58,775 bases of DNA from an uncultured bacterium (GCA_966112985.1 CBHWET010000002.1:1-58775), one strand, 5' to 3'; counted from the stretch's first letter, positions 27,743 through 37,285 are shown. A program made the numbers and translations. Notes: generated by a model not told the origin, from the letters alone.

Positions 27743-28678
27743 TTAGTTGATGACATCCGTCAGGATGTAACCCGCTTCGGGACCGACGAGTTTCTCGTCC
27801 ACGAAGTGCTTCGCGGCGTGGAAGTCGGAATAGCGATCAGGGATGCGATAGGAATCGACTGCGACTTCTGCGTTTCCGGTCATGGCAGACCAATTGAAAG
27901 TGCGTCCGAAGTTCGGCGCCTGCAGATCCTGGGCTTCTTCGACGTGTGCGAGGATCATGTGTTTGGACCAGATGTTGTTCGGATCTTCGGTCTGGCCTTC
28001 CGCCGCATTGTTTTGCAGCGTGCCGGCAACGACGAAGTTCCCGGCCGGCACTCCGAATACAGCAGCCAGCAAATCTTCGGTGAGAATTCCGGTTTGCGTG
28101 TACTTGATCAGCTCAATCAACTTCGGGTGGCGTTTGAGTTTGTTGAACACGTCCCGATTGACCGTGATCATGTTCACTTCCAAACCGATCTGTTTGCGGA
28201 CAGCTTCCTTCGCTGCATCTACGTCGACGGCTGGATTTGAGTTCGCGTAATCATCCCACTTCACGAGCAGGCCGGAGTTTGGAACACCGCCGTTGTAGAT
28301 TTTGTCGCGGACTCGGATCTCGTGATTCTTCATCACGACGTTCATAGCGCGGCGTGTGGCCGAAGAATCAGCGTCGAAAAACGTCGCGTATTTTTTTCGC
28401 TCCGCATCGTCAATCGGAACGGCGTGGCCGTAATCTTTGCAGCTGAAGGCATCGCCGCTGATCTTCATCTGCGATTGCGAGTAGGCGGCACCAGGAGCGC
28501 GGCCGATGTCGACCGGGAAGTCCAGCATGTTGACGCGATTGAACACGTAATAGCTGGCGCTCTGCAGGCCGGAGTAAAAAACAGGGAAGATGCGGCGGCC
28601 GATGAAGGACCGGGCGTCCTCCATGAACTTCGTCGCGATCCCCGTCATGATGGGGTTAAAGGTCGGTGTTGCGTTCAT
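27743..28678 (-). CDS. major capsid protein
   Basis: 311 aa, lying after the protease/scaffold and decoration-like genes. The size and order match Mu T / capsid-E-type proteins. Confidence 0.75.
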   Translation of the reverse strand: MNATPTFNPIMTGIATKFMEDARSFIGRRIFPVFYSGLQSASYYVFNRVNMLDFPVDIGRAPGAAYSQSQMKISGDAFSCKDYGHAVPIDDAERKKYATFFDADSSATRRAMNVVMKNHEIRVRDKIYNGGVPNSGLLVKWDDYANSNPAVDVDAAKEAVRKQIGLEVNMITVNRDVFNKLKRHPKLIELIKYTQTGILTEDLLAAVFGVPAGNFVVAGTLQNNAAEGQTEDPNNIWSKHMILAHVEEAQDLQAPNFGRTFNWSAMTGNAEVAVDSYRIPDRYSDFHAAKHFVDEKLVGPEAGYILTDVIN

Positions 28679-28710
28679 TTATTTTGATTCAATTGAAAGC
28701 GTGTGAGCGT

Positions 28711-29100
28711 TTAGAGTTTCTCGACGACATCGATGATCTCGATGACATCGCCGTCAGCACTGTTTGTTTCCGGGGATGTCTTGACGCCAATCGCACGACC
28801 GGCGCCGCCACCGTCAACAACTTTGCCGCCATTGGCAGCTTTGACCTGGGCAGGCGTTGCGATCACCCCGCCAGCTTTGACTTTGACGGTGCCGCCTTTG
28901 CCGAGCAGGCGAACGGTCCAGCGGCCGCTGCCGCTTTCCAGTTCCTGCTGCAGCACGCCGATTGCGAGACCGTTCGTGTACAGCTGAATGGTCTTTGCGC
29001 CAGCGACTTGTTCGACGATGTGGCCTTCTTTGCCGACGAGATCGGCAGGGACAGCGGCCGTGTACTGCTTGTACGGAGAATCTGTAAAACTCTGTTGCAT
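28711..29100 (-). CDS. DUF2190-like head decoration/cement protein
   Basis: 129 aa, Gly-rich and beta-type (GKGGTVKVKAGGVI...GDVIEI). The position between the scaffold and capsid genes is typical. Confidence 0.5.
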   Translation of the reverse strand: MQQSFTDSPYKQYTAAVPADLVGKEGHIVEQVAGAKTIQLYTNGLAIGVLQQELESGSGRWTVRLLGKGGTVKVKAGGVIATPAQVKAANGGKVVDGGGAGRAIGVKTSPETNSADGDVIEIIDVVEKL

Positions 29101-29137
29101 ATTCTGTTCTTAAAAAAGTTTGAGAGCGTTTGAGCGT

Positions 29138-30247
29138 TTAGCCGTTCAGCGAATCGCGCCAGGCCTGGTAGAGTTGCGGTTGCGTGCGCGCGATTTTCTC
29201 CTGGGCTTTTGCCTCAGTGATGTTTTCCTTCGTGGCCATCTCCTTGGCTTTGACAATGAACTCGTGTTCTTTGCCTTTGGCCTGAGCGACCGTACCGCCG
29301 TTGCCCGGCTGCTCGATCACTGGCAGGAACGCGGGATTGACTGGCAACGCATCGATGATTGCTTTCGCCTGGACCGGCGCCGTGACAAGCAGCTCTTCGT
29401 AATGAGTGATGAGAGCTGCGTTCTTCGGTTCGATCTTGCCGGCAGCGACTGCTGCAGCAACAACCACCTTCGCATTGTCTTTGGCCTGCGTTACGAGCAG
29501 TCCTTCGATGTTCGTGATCTTTCCTTTCAGATCACCGATTTCTTTGTCTTTGGCGGCAATGGCCGCCTGCATTTCTTGTTCTGTCATACTAGCTTTGGCT
29601 TGTGTTGGCGGCGGCGTGCCGCCGGGTTGTGAACTGCGTTGCGTGTTGCCGTCCTCTGACAACTTGCTCTGCAGAAACTCAGGAGAGACGCCGAGAAGTT
29701 CGGCGCAAAAATCGATTGAACTTTTTGCCATGACGGGCGCGATCTTTTTGAACGCGGCGCGGTTCACGAGCCCGCCCATATTCAAAGGTGTTCCCAGGAC
29801 TGTGCCGTCTTCCGCATAGACAACGTTCGGAGAGAAGCGCCGATACGATTTGCCCAGGACTTTTTCGCCGCCTGCTTTGGACCAATCACCCATGATCAGG
29901 CGAATGCCACCGGTTTTCAGATCATCGCCGCCCCATCGAGCGCCAACGGGATGGCCGGCTGCTTCGTCATCATCGTGATTGAAATCGATATAAGGAACAT
30001 CGCCTTCGCCGGCTTCTGCCTTTTGCAAATAGTGTTTGATGTAGCCATCAATCAGAACCGCGGCTTCCGGAGTCGCCTTCGCTTTTGTTGTAAACGGTTC
30101 ACCATTTTTCGTTCCAGTGATGGTGTGTTCACCCGGCGGCATGAATTGGATTTCCATCGGAAGCGATCCGTCTTTCGGCAGATCGATCTGGATCGGCGAC
30201 AACTTCGCCATCACTACGTTTTTTCCTGTGATCAGTTTCGTATTCAT
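29138..30247 (-). CDS. prohead protease/scaffold (Mu gpI-like)
   Basis: 369 aa. The N-terminus has IQFMPPGEHTI...YIDFNHDDDEAAG (Mu-I pattern). The C-terminus is a coiled coil rich in Ala, Lys and Glu. Confidence 0.7.
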   Translation of the reverse strand: MNTKLITGKNVVMAKLSPIQIDLPKDGSLPMEIQFMPPGEHTITGTKNGEPFTTKAKATPEAAVLIDGYIKHYLQKAEAGEGDVPYIDFNHDDDEAAGHPVGARWGGDDLKTGGIRLIMGDWSKAGGEKVLGKSYRRFSPNVVYAEDGTVLGTPLNMGGLVNRAAFKKIAPVMAKSSIDFCAELLGVSPEFLQSKLSEDGNTQRSSQPGGTPPPTQAKASMTEQEMQAAIAAKDKEIGDLKGKITNIEGLLVTQAKDNAKVVVAAAVAAGKIEPKNAALITHYEELLVTAPVQAKAIIDALPVNPAFLPVIEQPGNGGTVAQAKGKEHEFIVKAKEMATKENITEAKAQEKIARTQPQLYQAWRDSLNG

Positions 30248-30846
30248 GAGTTCAGTCCTCGATCGTCAATTTGTCTTTGCAGAATCATTTCACCGCGTTT
30301 GATCGCGGCATCCTGTAGCAGCTGTTCATTCGGCATTGCGGTTGGATCCGGCTCCTGGGTAACGCTGGGAGTGAGAACGTATTGAAGCGTGACACCATGA
30401 TTCGCAGCCGCGACGGCAAGCCCAATGCCGGTAGCTGTGTGAACGAGAAACAGCGTCATGCCTGTTTCCTGTTCGAAAGTGTGAGGTGTGCGGCCGTAGG
30501 CGTCGGCTGTCTGTGGAATGGAAAGATTGCGCGCTCGCTTGGCTGTGATTTTTCCGCCGAAAACTTTTTGCGCAAATGTCGGATCGTTAATCCAAACTGT
30601 TACGCGCTTGCCGTCGCCACTGACGACCGGAGCCTGGACAGATTGCGCAACCCGGTTGAAGTAATGTTCGCGTTTGCCGCCAAGTTTGTTTTCCTGATTT
30701 GCGTCTTTGATCCGCAAATGAGTCTTTGTCTGGTTCGCAACTTCGCGTCCGATGCCCAGCATGATGGCCCGCGGGTTTTTCGCTTCGGCAATGAGATCAG
30801 CAATCTTCGCTGCAGTGCCGTGATCGTCTACGTGACACGCGATCAT
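30244..30846 (-). CDS. virion morphogenesis protein (Mu gpG-like)
   Basis: 200 aa lying between the portal and protease genes. AQKVFGGKITAKRARNLSIP resembles the Mu G IHQFGG...IPARP block. Confidence 0.55.
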   Translation of the reverse strand: MIACHVDDHGTAAKIADLIAEAKNPRAIMLGIGREVANQTKTHLRIKDANQENKLGGKREHYFNRVAQSVQAPVVSGDGKRVTVWINDPTFAQKVFGGKITAKRARNLSIPQTADAYGRTPHTFEQETGMTLFLVHTATGIGLAVAAANHGVTLQYVLTPSVTQEPDPTAMPNEQLLQDAAIKRGEMILQRQIDDRGLNS

Positions 30847-32621
30847 GCCTTCCTCCTTCCGGATCCACGCTCCATGAATCCCCTCGCTGCGCCGTTGACG
30901 ACGGCCGCGCCCATTGCATTTTCCATCGAGCTTGCGAGGGCCGCGGCATCGAGCTTTTCGAACAGTTCAGGAAATTGTTTACGCCCGGCTTCCAATGCCT
31001 GGATAAATTCGGCGTCAGAAACGTTTCCGCTCTTTGATGCGACAGCCAGTCGAACAAAAAACGGTTTCACTCCGGCAAGCCATTTCGCCTGAACGCCGGT
31101 TAGATCTTCCAAAACATTTTCAGCGAGCTGCTCTGATGCATCCTTCGCTTGCACGGGCTGGCCTTTCTTTGCGAGTTCTTCCGGCGATGTGGGTTGATCG
31201 AGTCCTGGCATGAGTGGAGCGGCCGCTGGTTTCTTGATCACTGCCTGGCCGGCTTGCGGCATTGGGATTTCGTGGCGCTTGTAGAACCATTCCGCCGGCA
31301 TTTCGACGCCGCGATCGATGAGCAGCCCATCACGCTCCGCTAGGGCTTTCGCGTCTTTTACTTCGCGAGCCGCAAGAACAATTTTCGGCGCGTCTTCGGT
31401 GTTGCCGTAATTCAACATCAGCGCGTAAGGCACGAACTGTGTTGTCAGCACGTTTGCGGTGAATGTCCCGGCAGCTTCAACGACTTCGCCCTTCACGCTT
31501 TCATGCGTATCGCCCAGGGCGCGACTGCCGGAATCTCCGACGTCCGTCGATAGCGTTTGGTGCAGGACGACGATGTCGCAAATCCGATCGGCAAATTTCA
31601 GCAGATAAACATGGGGGCTTTCGGAGCTGTTCTTTGCTCCATCCATGAACTGAAGTTTTGTCCCTGCCGGCATGGCCGCCCAGCCGGCGCTCCCCATGTT
31701 CTGCAGCATGTCGCTGACAAGTTCTTTGAGGCCCGGCTTGTTTGGATCGTACTCCGCCCAGCGGAACGGGATCCCGAACAGCTGCGCGTAATTCAAAAAC
31801 CATTCCGATGTGAAGTTCGCTGCAACCCACCACCATGCCAAAGTTCTGAGCATTGCGCCGCCGATCGGGTTTCCGCTCTTCTGTTTGTGGATCGAGATCA
31901 GGAACTTGTTCGGCGGAAACGGTGCAAACTGCGCGAGAGTTGGATTGAGCTTCTGATATTGAACCGGCTCCGGATTGATTTGCGTTCCGATCTGACTGGT
32001 ATCGAGCATCAGATCCGCGCCGATTCCAGGATAGCCATAGTAACGCGGATGAACCCACTGCGTTGAACGGGCGTAAATTGCCGGCTTGCCTTTAATTAAT
32101 CCGCGCTCCCAGCCGATTTGCTGGACGCTGATGCCTTTTCCCCAGGCATCCATGATGTCATAGACCATTCCATGAACGCCGTTCTCGTCTTTGTCTGGCC
32201 GGGGAGCAAACGCCTTGAGCAAATCACGGATGAATTGCGCACGCTCTTCGGCGGCCGGGCTGGATGTGCCATCATCATTTGTCGCCGCCTGGACGCTCAA
32301 GTCCATGGACTGGACCGCCCACTTCAATTCGTTGAGACATTTGGAAAGGTGCGGCCATGTCTCTTCCATCAAATCAAACAGCTGCCACACTCCAAGCAGG
32401 TTCCCGGAAAGAGCGCTTCGCAGAATGCCTTCAACAACGTCAGGAGTATAATAGCTGACGTTCGGACTCATCCAACGATCCCGCGCCTGCGGAATAATAT
32501 ATGGCAGGATCGGATTGTTATTCTCTGTCGACGCATCTGACGGCGCCGCGGCCGGAGCTTTTTTCCTTTTGCCCGATACCTGGGGATTCGGGTTGGTGAT
32601 CACCGCGCACCTCCCTGCCAT
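30843..32621 (-). CDS. portal protein (DUF935 / Mu gp29-like)
   Basis: 592 aa. The N-terminal GILRSALSGNLLGVWQLFDLMEETWPHLSKCLNELKWAV fits the DUF935 pattern. The start is uncertain because I could not see a Shine-Dalgarno sequence. Confidence 0.75.
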   Translation of the reverse strand: MAGRCAVITNPNPQVSGKRKKAPAAAPSDASTENNNPILPYIIPQARDRWMSPNVSYYTPDVVEGILRSALSGNLLGVWQLFDLMEETWPHLSKCLNELKWAVQSMDLSVQAATNDDGTSSPAAEERAQFIRDLLKAFAPRPDKDENGVHGMVYDIMDAWGKGISVQQIGWERGLIKGKPAIYARSTQWVHPRYYGYPGIGADLMLDTSQIGTQINPEPVQYQKLNPTLAQFAPFPPNKFLISIHKQKSGNPIGGAMLRTLAWWWVAANFTSEWFLNYAQLFGIPFRWAEYDPNKPGLKELVSDMLQNMGSAGWAAMPAGTKLQFMDGAKNSSESPHVYLLKFADRICDIVVLHQTLSTDVGDSGSRALGDTHESVKGEVVEAAGTFTANVLTTQFVPYALMLNYGNTEDAPKIVLAAREVKDAKALAERDGLLIDRGVEMPAEWFYKRHEIPMPQAGQAVIKKPAAAPLMPGLDQPTSPEELAKKGQPVQAKDASEQLAENVLEDLTGVQAKWLAGVKPFFVRLAVASKSGNVSDAEFIQALEAGRKQFPELFEKLDAAALASSMENAMGAAVVNGAARGFMERGSGRRKA

Positions 32622-32967
32622 CCGAAAAGGGTCAGACCGGAAAGCGATCCAGAGTTAACGCGAAAAAGGGTGCCGAAATGAGGAGTCGCGCAGAGATTTA
32701 AACCGTATGCAGTACGTGTGCAAACCGGCTCAGGAGAAAAGATGTTGATCGCCGGTGCCTTCGCACGTGGCAAAAGCGCTGTAGGCGATTTTAAGAGGCA
32801 AAGCAGGGCTGTCTGAATGACCCTTTTCATTGAGTTTGCCCGGCTGACGGTGCGACCTGCCGCTCTGCAGCCCCGTGCATACGCTACCGTTAGCCGTGCA
32901 TACGGGTGATTGTGTGTCCCCCCATCGGAACAGCGTCTGCGAAACAAAGCGGCTGTAATCGGACGCC
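32622..32967. other. 346-bp non-coding gap near the prophage midpoint carrying three GAAAAGGGT motifs
   Basis: cGAAAAGGGTCa (32623-32634, +), GAAAAAGGGTGCC (32662-32674, +) and TGAAAAGGGTCa (32819-32830, -). It also has a direct repeat cgtgcatacg x2 (32875 and 32896). It is the only large gap in the late arm. Confidence 0.6.
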
Positions 32968-34905
32968 TCAAGCTGCACCTCCTGGAATGATCAAACCGTT
33001 GTGGCGAACCCATTGCCTCGGGCGGAACTGGCGGGCAACGTGATTCGCGCCGAATGTGATTCCGGCCGTGGATTCCATCGCCCCGCCGTTGGACCGCAAG
33101 GCGCGGATCCCGAGCTTCGTTCCGTCGAACGAATCAGCGTGTTCTCCATTTGGTCCCAGTTCGTTATTGAACTGCCCGCGCTCCTTCACAACACGGCGAA
33201 AGTCTTCCGTGATGAATCGCTCCGGAGGAAGGATCAGGTGATTATCGTCCAGTTCGGCAACCAGTTCTGCGCCCAGGTATTGCTTCAAAGTGATGGACTC
33301 TTCTTCGCCTGGCTGTTTAATCGTTTCACTGTTGATGACCAATTCAACCGGAAGGAGCCCGGCGAATTCGGTCCGGAGATCCGTGGCGAAGTAGCGTTCG
33401 TTTGATGCATCGATGCAGAGCCTGCGAGCAGGACCGCCCACGGGGCGCTTTGCGATCGCTTCGAGAACAGTGCGCGCGTACTTCCGGGCAATCGCTGGAT
33501 CATTCGTCTTCCAGGAAAGGATGACGCGGGCAAAGATTTCGATGCCTTGTTGCTCGCAAACGGCAAAGCCATTTGGGTTGGATGTCTGTTTTTCAGTCGT
33601 CGCCAAATCCCATCCGCAGCCGACTGGACCGGGGCCGATGTGATTTAAAAGAAAATCGATCGCGCGACGAAGATCGTCATCATCCTCGATCATGAACCAT
33701 GCGCATTGGTTAATGCCTTTGGTCTGCGCAGTGTTGAGCTGGACCGTTCCGCAAGCAGCTGTGCCCCCGGTAAGAAATTTGCATCCATAGTTTCGATCCC
33801 ATGCATCTTTATCGCGAGAACGTCGCCGGGCTTCAGCGGGATCGAGCGGAGTGCCGTCTACAGAATCATAAATCGGAACGCCATCCTTATAGGCGTCGAA
33901 CGCATCCAGGCGCAAAACCCAGATGCCGTGTTCGCTTTGGTACCAATTGCCTTCCGGCCGTGGCGGAAACTGTGTGCCTACGGGCGGCATCAACTGATCA
34001 AAAGCATAATGCTTATCATCGCGGGGAATCGTCGTGGAAAGTGTCAGCCGATAATCCGGATTGCTGGAAATGATTGGCTCAACGGCTTCAAAGATTTCAC
34101 GCCAGCCAGGCAGTGCGCGCAACTCATCGGCCATCATATCGCCGGTTTCGCCGACAGCATCGGCAGTTAACGCAATGACCTTGGTCCGCGAATAAGTGTT
34201 CCTGGAATGGTAGTAACGGAATTCCAGGCGCTGTGCTTCGAACGTTCCCGCAAAATCATCCGGTGTGAGCCTTTCCAGGATTTCTCCCGTCTTCTGGTCC
34301 GCGATCTGGATCCGGCCGGCATCTTCGGTTTCTTCCGCTTCAGCAATCGCGACTTCGATCGCAGCCCGGATGACGTCTGATTCTTTGCGAACAATTTCTC
34401 GGGAGAGGTTCAGCTTCGCGCTGCCGAAAACCACGGTGTGGTTTTCTTCCTTCATCATTTTATAGAGCGCGATCTTGGCGAAGGTTGTCGTCTTGCCGTA
34501 TTGCCGGCGCGCAACGAATGCAGAAACGCGGTACTTCTTCGTCCCGCGAAAATATTCCAGTTGCCCCCTGCGCATTTCGAGAGCGCGCAAAGACCTGGCT
34601 TGAGCCTTTCCGGTTTTCTGTTTCGTCAGGACCGCTGGGGCGGAAACGGCGCCGGAATCTTTGTCCGACGCCGTGGGCCCCAATTTTTCACTCGCAGCAT
34701 TTTTCGGTGAAAAAGTGTGCCCGCTGTTTCCGTTCTCCGGACTGACTCGAATGCCGGCGGGCGCGGCATTTGCAGTATTTACATAAGAGCCTCCTTCGTT
34801 CGTCGCTCCGTGAGGTGCTGAAAGCATTGGCGCCGCAGATGCCGCGGGAGCGCTCTCCGGAGCAGAGCCCGGCGCCGTTTTCTTTTTTGGGGTATTTCGT
34901 TTCAC
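32968..34905 (-). CDS. terminase large subunit (Mu gp28-like)
   Basis: ATPase P-loop-like FVARRQYGKTT, an acidic GDMMADE block and a C-terminal nuclease-like half. The GTG at 34905 overlaps the small-subunit stop as GTGA. Alternative ATG starts lie at 34827 and 34575. The ORF-track extension to 35490 overlaps the small-subunit gene. Confidence 0.75.
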   Translation of the reverse strand: MKRNTPKKKTAPGSAPESAPAASAAPMLSAPHGATNEGGSYVNTANAAPAGIRVSPENGNSGHTFSPKNAASEKLGPTASDKDSGAVSAPAVLTKQKTGKAQARSLRALEMRRGQLEYFRGTKKYRVSAFVARRQYGKTTTFAKIALYKMMKEENHTVVFGSAKLNLSREIVRKESDVIRAAIEVAIAEAEETEDAGRIQIADQKTGEILERLTPDDFAGTFEAQRLEFRYYHSRNTYSRTKVIALTADAVGETGDMMADELRALPGWREIFEAVEPIISSNPDYRLTLSTTIPRDDKHYAFDQLMPPVGTQFPPRPEGNWYQSEHGIWVLRLDAFDAYKDGVPIYDSVDGTPLDPAEARRRSRDKDAWDRNYGCKFLTGGTAACGTVQLNTAQTKGINQCAWFMIEDDDDLRRAIDFLLNHIGPGPVGCGWDLATTEKQTSNPNGFAVCEQQGIEIFARVILSWKTNDPAIARKYARTVLEAIAKRPVGGPARRLCIDASNERYFATDLRTEFAGLLPVELVINSETIKQPGEEESITLKQYLGAELVAELDDNHLILPPERFITEDFRRVVKERGQFNNELGPNGEHADSFDGTKLGIRALRSNGGAMESTAGITFGANHVARQFRPRQWVRHNGLIIPGGAA

Positions 34906-35486
34906 CAGTCCTCTTTGAAAATGAGCTGGCCAAGTTTTTCTGTGCGATCGGACTTCGGCGCTTTGCTGTTCGCGATTTCCTTCAAACGCTTGTCGTTGTG
35001 CCAATCGATGAACAGCTCGATCGTTTCGCGCTGCCACTTCTTCTTCTCGAATCGCAGCTTCTCCTGCATGCGCGCTTCGGCCTGTTTCTTCAGCTCGATC
35101 TTTTCCTTTTCGAGATTCGATGACGTCGTCAGCTCCTGGATGCGAAGCCACTGTTTCCAGTCTTCTTCCTCCAGTGACATCGTGCTGAACACGAGCTGGC
35201 CATACTTGAAGAGCTGCTCTTCGCTGATCTCCGGCTGCTCCGTTTTGAGCGTGTCCATCAGCTGCAACACTCGCGACTCCTTGCGCAACTGTTGCTGCTT
35301 GAGCAAATACCAGGATCGAAAGTCGTAGAGCGCGCCAAGCGATGTTTGGATTCCATCCTCGCGCAACCATGTGAGCGTTTTGCTGTAGCCGACTTCCTTG
35401 ATCTTCTCGGCAATCTCTTGTTGCCGTTCTTCCGGAAGATTCTTCAGCTTGGCATCGCATCGTGGTTCTTTGATTGGCTCGCTCAT
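34902..35486 (-). CDS. terminase small subunit (Mu gp27 / DUF3486-like)
   Basis: 194 aa. LPEERQQEIAEKIKEVGYSKTLTWLREDGIQTSLGALYDFRSWY fits DUF3486, and a coiled-coil tail follows. Confidence 0.65.
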   Translation of the reverse strand: MSEPIKEPRCDAKLKNLPEERQQEIAEKIKEVGYSKTLTWLREDGIQTSLGALYDFRSWYLLKQQQLRKESRVLQLMDTLKTEQPEISEEQLFKYGQLVFSTMSLEEEDWKQWLRIQELTTSSNLEKEKIELKKQAEARMQEKLRFEKKKWQRETIELFIDWHNDKRLKEIANSKAPKSDRTEKLGQLIFKEDW

Positions 35487-35499
35487 TCATTCGCGAAAG

Positions 35500-35772
35500 T
35501 TAGAAGCCGCGTTCATCCAGGAACTCGCGTCCCTTTGCAGAAATCTTGAACGCGCGGTTTGCTTTGCTGATCACCTTCATTGGCTCTTCGACTAGGCCCT
35601 TTTCTTTGAGGTATTCGATTTGGCCTTCAATTTCCTCGGCGGGAATTCCGGGGAACCCAAACGACGCGGCAAAGGTTTGGAGCGCCTCAACATTCAAGCC
35701 AAACCGGGTGTGATTGCTGGACAGTGATCGCAGGAGCGCAATCTGCAGGTTTTCTTTTTGTTGGGCATTCAT
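35500..35772 (-). CDS. small winged-helix-like protein
   Basis: 90 aa. Its start overlaps the upstream stop as TGATG. Confidence 0.45.
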   Translation of the reverse strand: MNAQQKENLQIALLRSLSSNHTRFGLNVEALQTFAASFGFPGIPAEEIEGQIEYLKEKGLVEEPMKVISKANRAFKISAKGREFLDERGF

Positions 35773-36191
35773 CAGTGTTTCCTTTCAATCAGCCGATCGA
35801 TCTTTATTTCCATGCGGACAACCTGTTGTTTTGTTGTCTCAGTCGCCTCGCGAAGAGCAGCCACGTTGTTGGAGAGGGCTGTTATTTCCACATGCATGTT
35901 TCGCCGGCTCTCCTTTGAATCCCTTTCGAAAGCGCACAAATTTTCAGCGAGCAGCTCGATCGCCTCCTTGCCCGCGTACGTCTGTTTGCATTCAACGACG
36001 TGCCGATCGAAATCCTCTCGAAGCTGCTCATGAGCTTGTAAGAGTTGCTCGTTCGGCGGATTGCCTGGCTTCGATTTGCGGCGGTCCAGAAAATCGTCAA
36101 TCTGGTTCGCGGCGACACACAGCGCCGCGATCGCTAACAAGATCCAGCCAACGCCGGCGAATCCGTCTGGGGGTGGAAGAGTTGCAAACAT
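35772..36191 (-). CDS. N-terminal transmembrane plus coiled-coil protein (i-spanin-like topology)
   Basis: 139 aa with the transmembrane segment GVGWILLAIAALCVAA followed by about 100 aa of coiled coil. Confidence 0.45.
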   Translation of the reverse strand: MFATLPPPDGFAGVGWILLAIAALCVAANQIDDFLDRRKSKPGNPPNEQLLQAHEQLREDFDRHVVECKQTYAGKEAIELLAENLCAFERDSKESRRNMHVEITALSNNVAALREATETTKQQVVRMEIKIDRLIERKH

Positions 36192-36199
36192 TCGTTTCC

Positions 36200-36982
36200 T
36201 TATTTGCTGGGGATCGTGTCGCCAGTGTGTTCTTCAACCAGATCGTGAATCGCGGTTTTCACTTCCGCGCCGGCTAACGCTTGCGCCGTCTTCACAACGT
36301 CCATGATCCGGTGATCAATTTCCGGCGTGTAGCCGGGCACCTGCAGCGCCGCCTGGCGAAGCGTTTCAAAATTCTCAACCAGCGTTTTTCCAGCGTCCTG
36401 GGCAATGGCCAGTGTGCCTTTGGTCTCTTCGTGGTTATCCTTCTCACGCTTCAGCTTGTTTGTCTGATACCCGGCAACGACGGTTGCGATCGCGCCAAGG
36501 ACGGCAAGAACGCCGTTCACGATCGGAGCCGAAGGCGTAGGATTGAACGCTGCATTTAGTTGCTGTCCTTTCTGGATCGCAGCGAGCAATTGCGGGTTCG
36601 CTTCAAACCCGTTTGTCTCGATGACAACGACGTTCGTTATCGGGACGTAAACCTCGTTCGTTACAACCAGCGGTGGCAGCGTGTTCGTGATTGTCTGAAA
36701 TACTGTCGGCCCCGGAATGAAGTTCGTGAAAACAACCGGCTCGCCCGCGACGGTGTTTGTCACGTAAACCGGCTGCGCGGGAAGAGTATTCGTGACAATG
36801 ACGATTCGCGGGGGCTGAACGATCACGTTCGTCCTGTATTCAACGTGCCCAGGTATTGTGTTCGTGACATAAGTCACGACAGGTTTGCTTTTGACAAAGT
36901 TGCCCAGCGTTTGGCAGCTGGAGAACCCACAGCCCAGGACAACGATGCCGGCCGCAACAACGAGGGAAGAGAACAGTTTCAT
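36200..36982 (-). CDS. lipoprotein with V-T-N-T-x-P repeats and an internal transmembrane helix
   Basis: Lipobox VVLGC. There are seven repeats of about 11 aa (VTNTIPG, VTNTLPAQP, VTNTVAGEP, FTNFIPGP, ITNTLPP, VTNEVYVP, ITNVVV). The transmembrane segment is IVNGVLAVLGAIATVVAGY. It is the first gene of the late arm. Confidence 0.55.
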   Translation of the reverse strand: MKLFSSLVVAAGIVVLGCGFSSCQTLGNFVKSKPVVTYVTNTIPGHVEYRTNVIVQPPRIVIVTNTLPAQPVYVTNTVAGEPVVFTNFIPGPTVFQTITNTLPPLVVTNEVYVPITNVVVIETNGFEANPQLLAAIQKGQQLNAAFNPTPSAPIVNGVLAVLGAIATVVAGYQTNKLKREKDNHEETKGTLAIAQDAGKTLVENFETLRQAALQVPGYTPEIDHRIMDVVKTAQALAGAEVKTAIHDLVEEHTGDTIPSK

Positions 36983-37285
36983 TCAGAGAATTACCGATTG
37001 AGCGGTTTGAACGTTTTCGAGAAAGTGAAAGCCGCCGCAGACAGAGCGCGGAAGTTTCGTTGGTGTGATAGGCAACGAGCAGGAGCGACTGCCACCTGCA
37101 GCGGCTGCGATCGGTGAAGATCGCAGAGGGGAAAAATCATTTTGAGCCGGTACGCCTATCACGCCGGCGATAGTGCGCGCAGCAGATCGAGAAGCCTAAC
37201 CTACCGTGGGATGATTCCGTTTTTCCTGAAAGATTTTTAGGAAGGGTTGCCGATTATCCCTCTCCGTTTTTCCGGAGCCCGTAAT

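Noticed and set aside
32600-33013. ORFs in the terminase-portal gap (137 aa at 32600-33013 and 82 aa at 32730-32978, both minus), including an internal MKRVIQTALLCLL… frame
   Set aside because: They overlap the terminase end and the portal start and have no visible ribosome-binding site. Their composition looks random, so I treat the gap as non-coding but flag it for checking.
34906-35490. N-terminal 195 aa of the 840-aa ORF-track entry 32968-35490
   Set aside because: It lies in another frame entirely over the well-supported gp27-like small terminase gene (34902-35486). The translation is Arg/Ala-rich and looks like an overlap artefact. A GTGA-coupled start at 34905 explains the rest.
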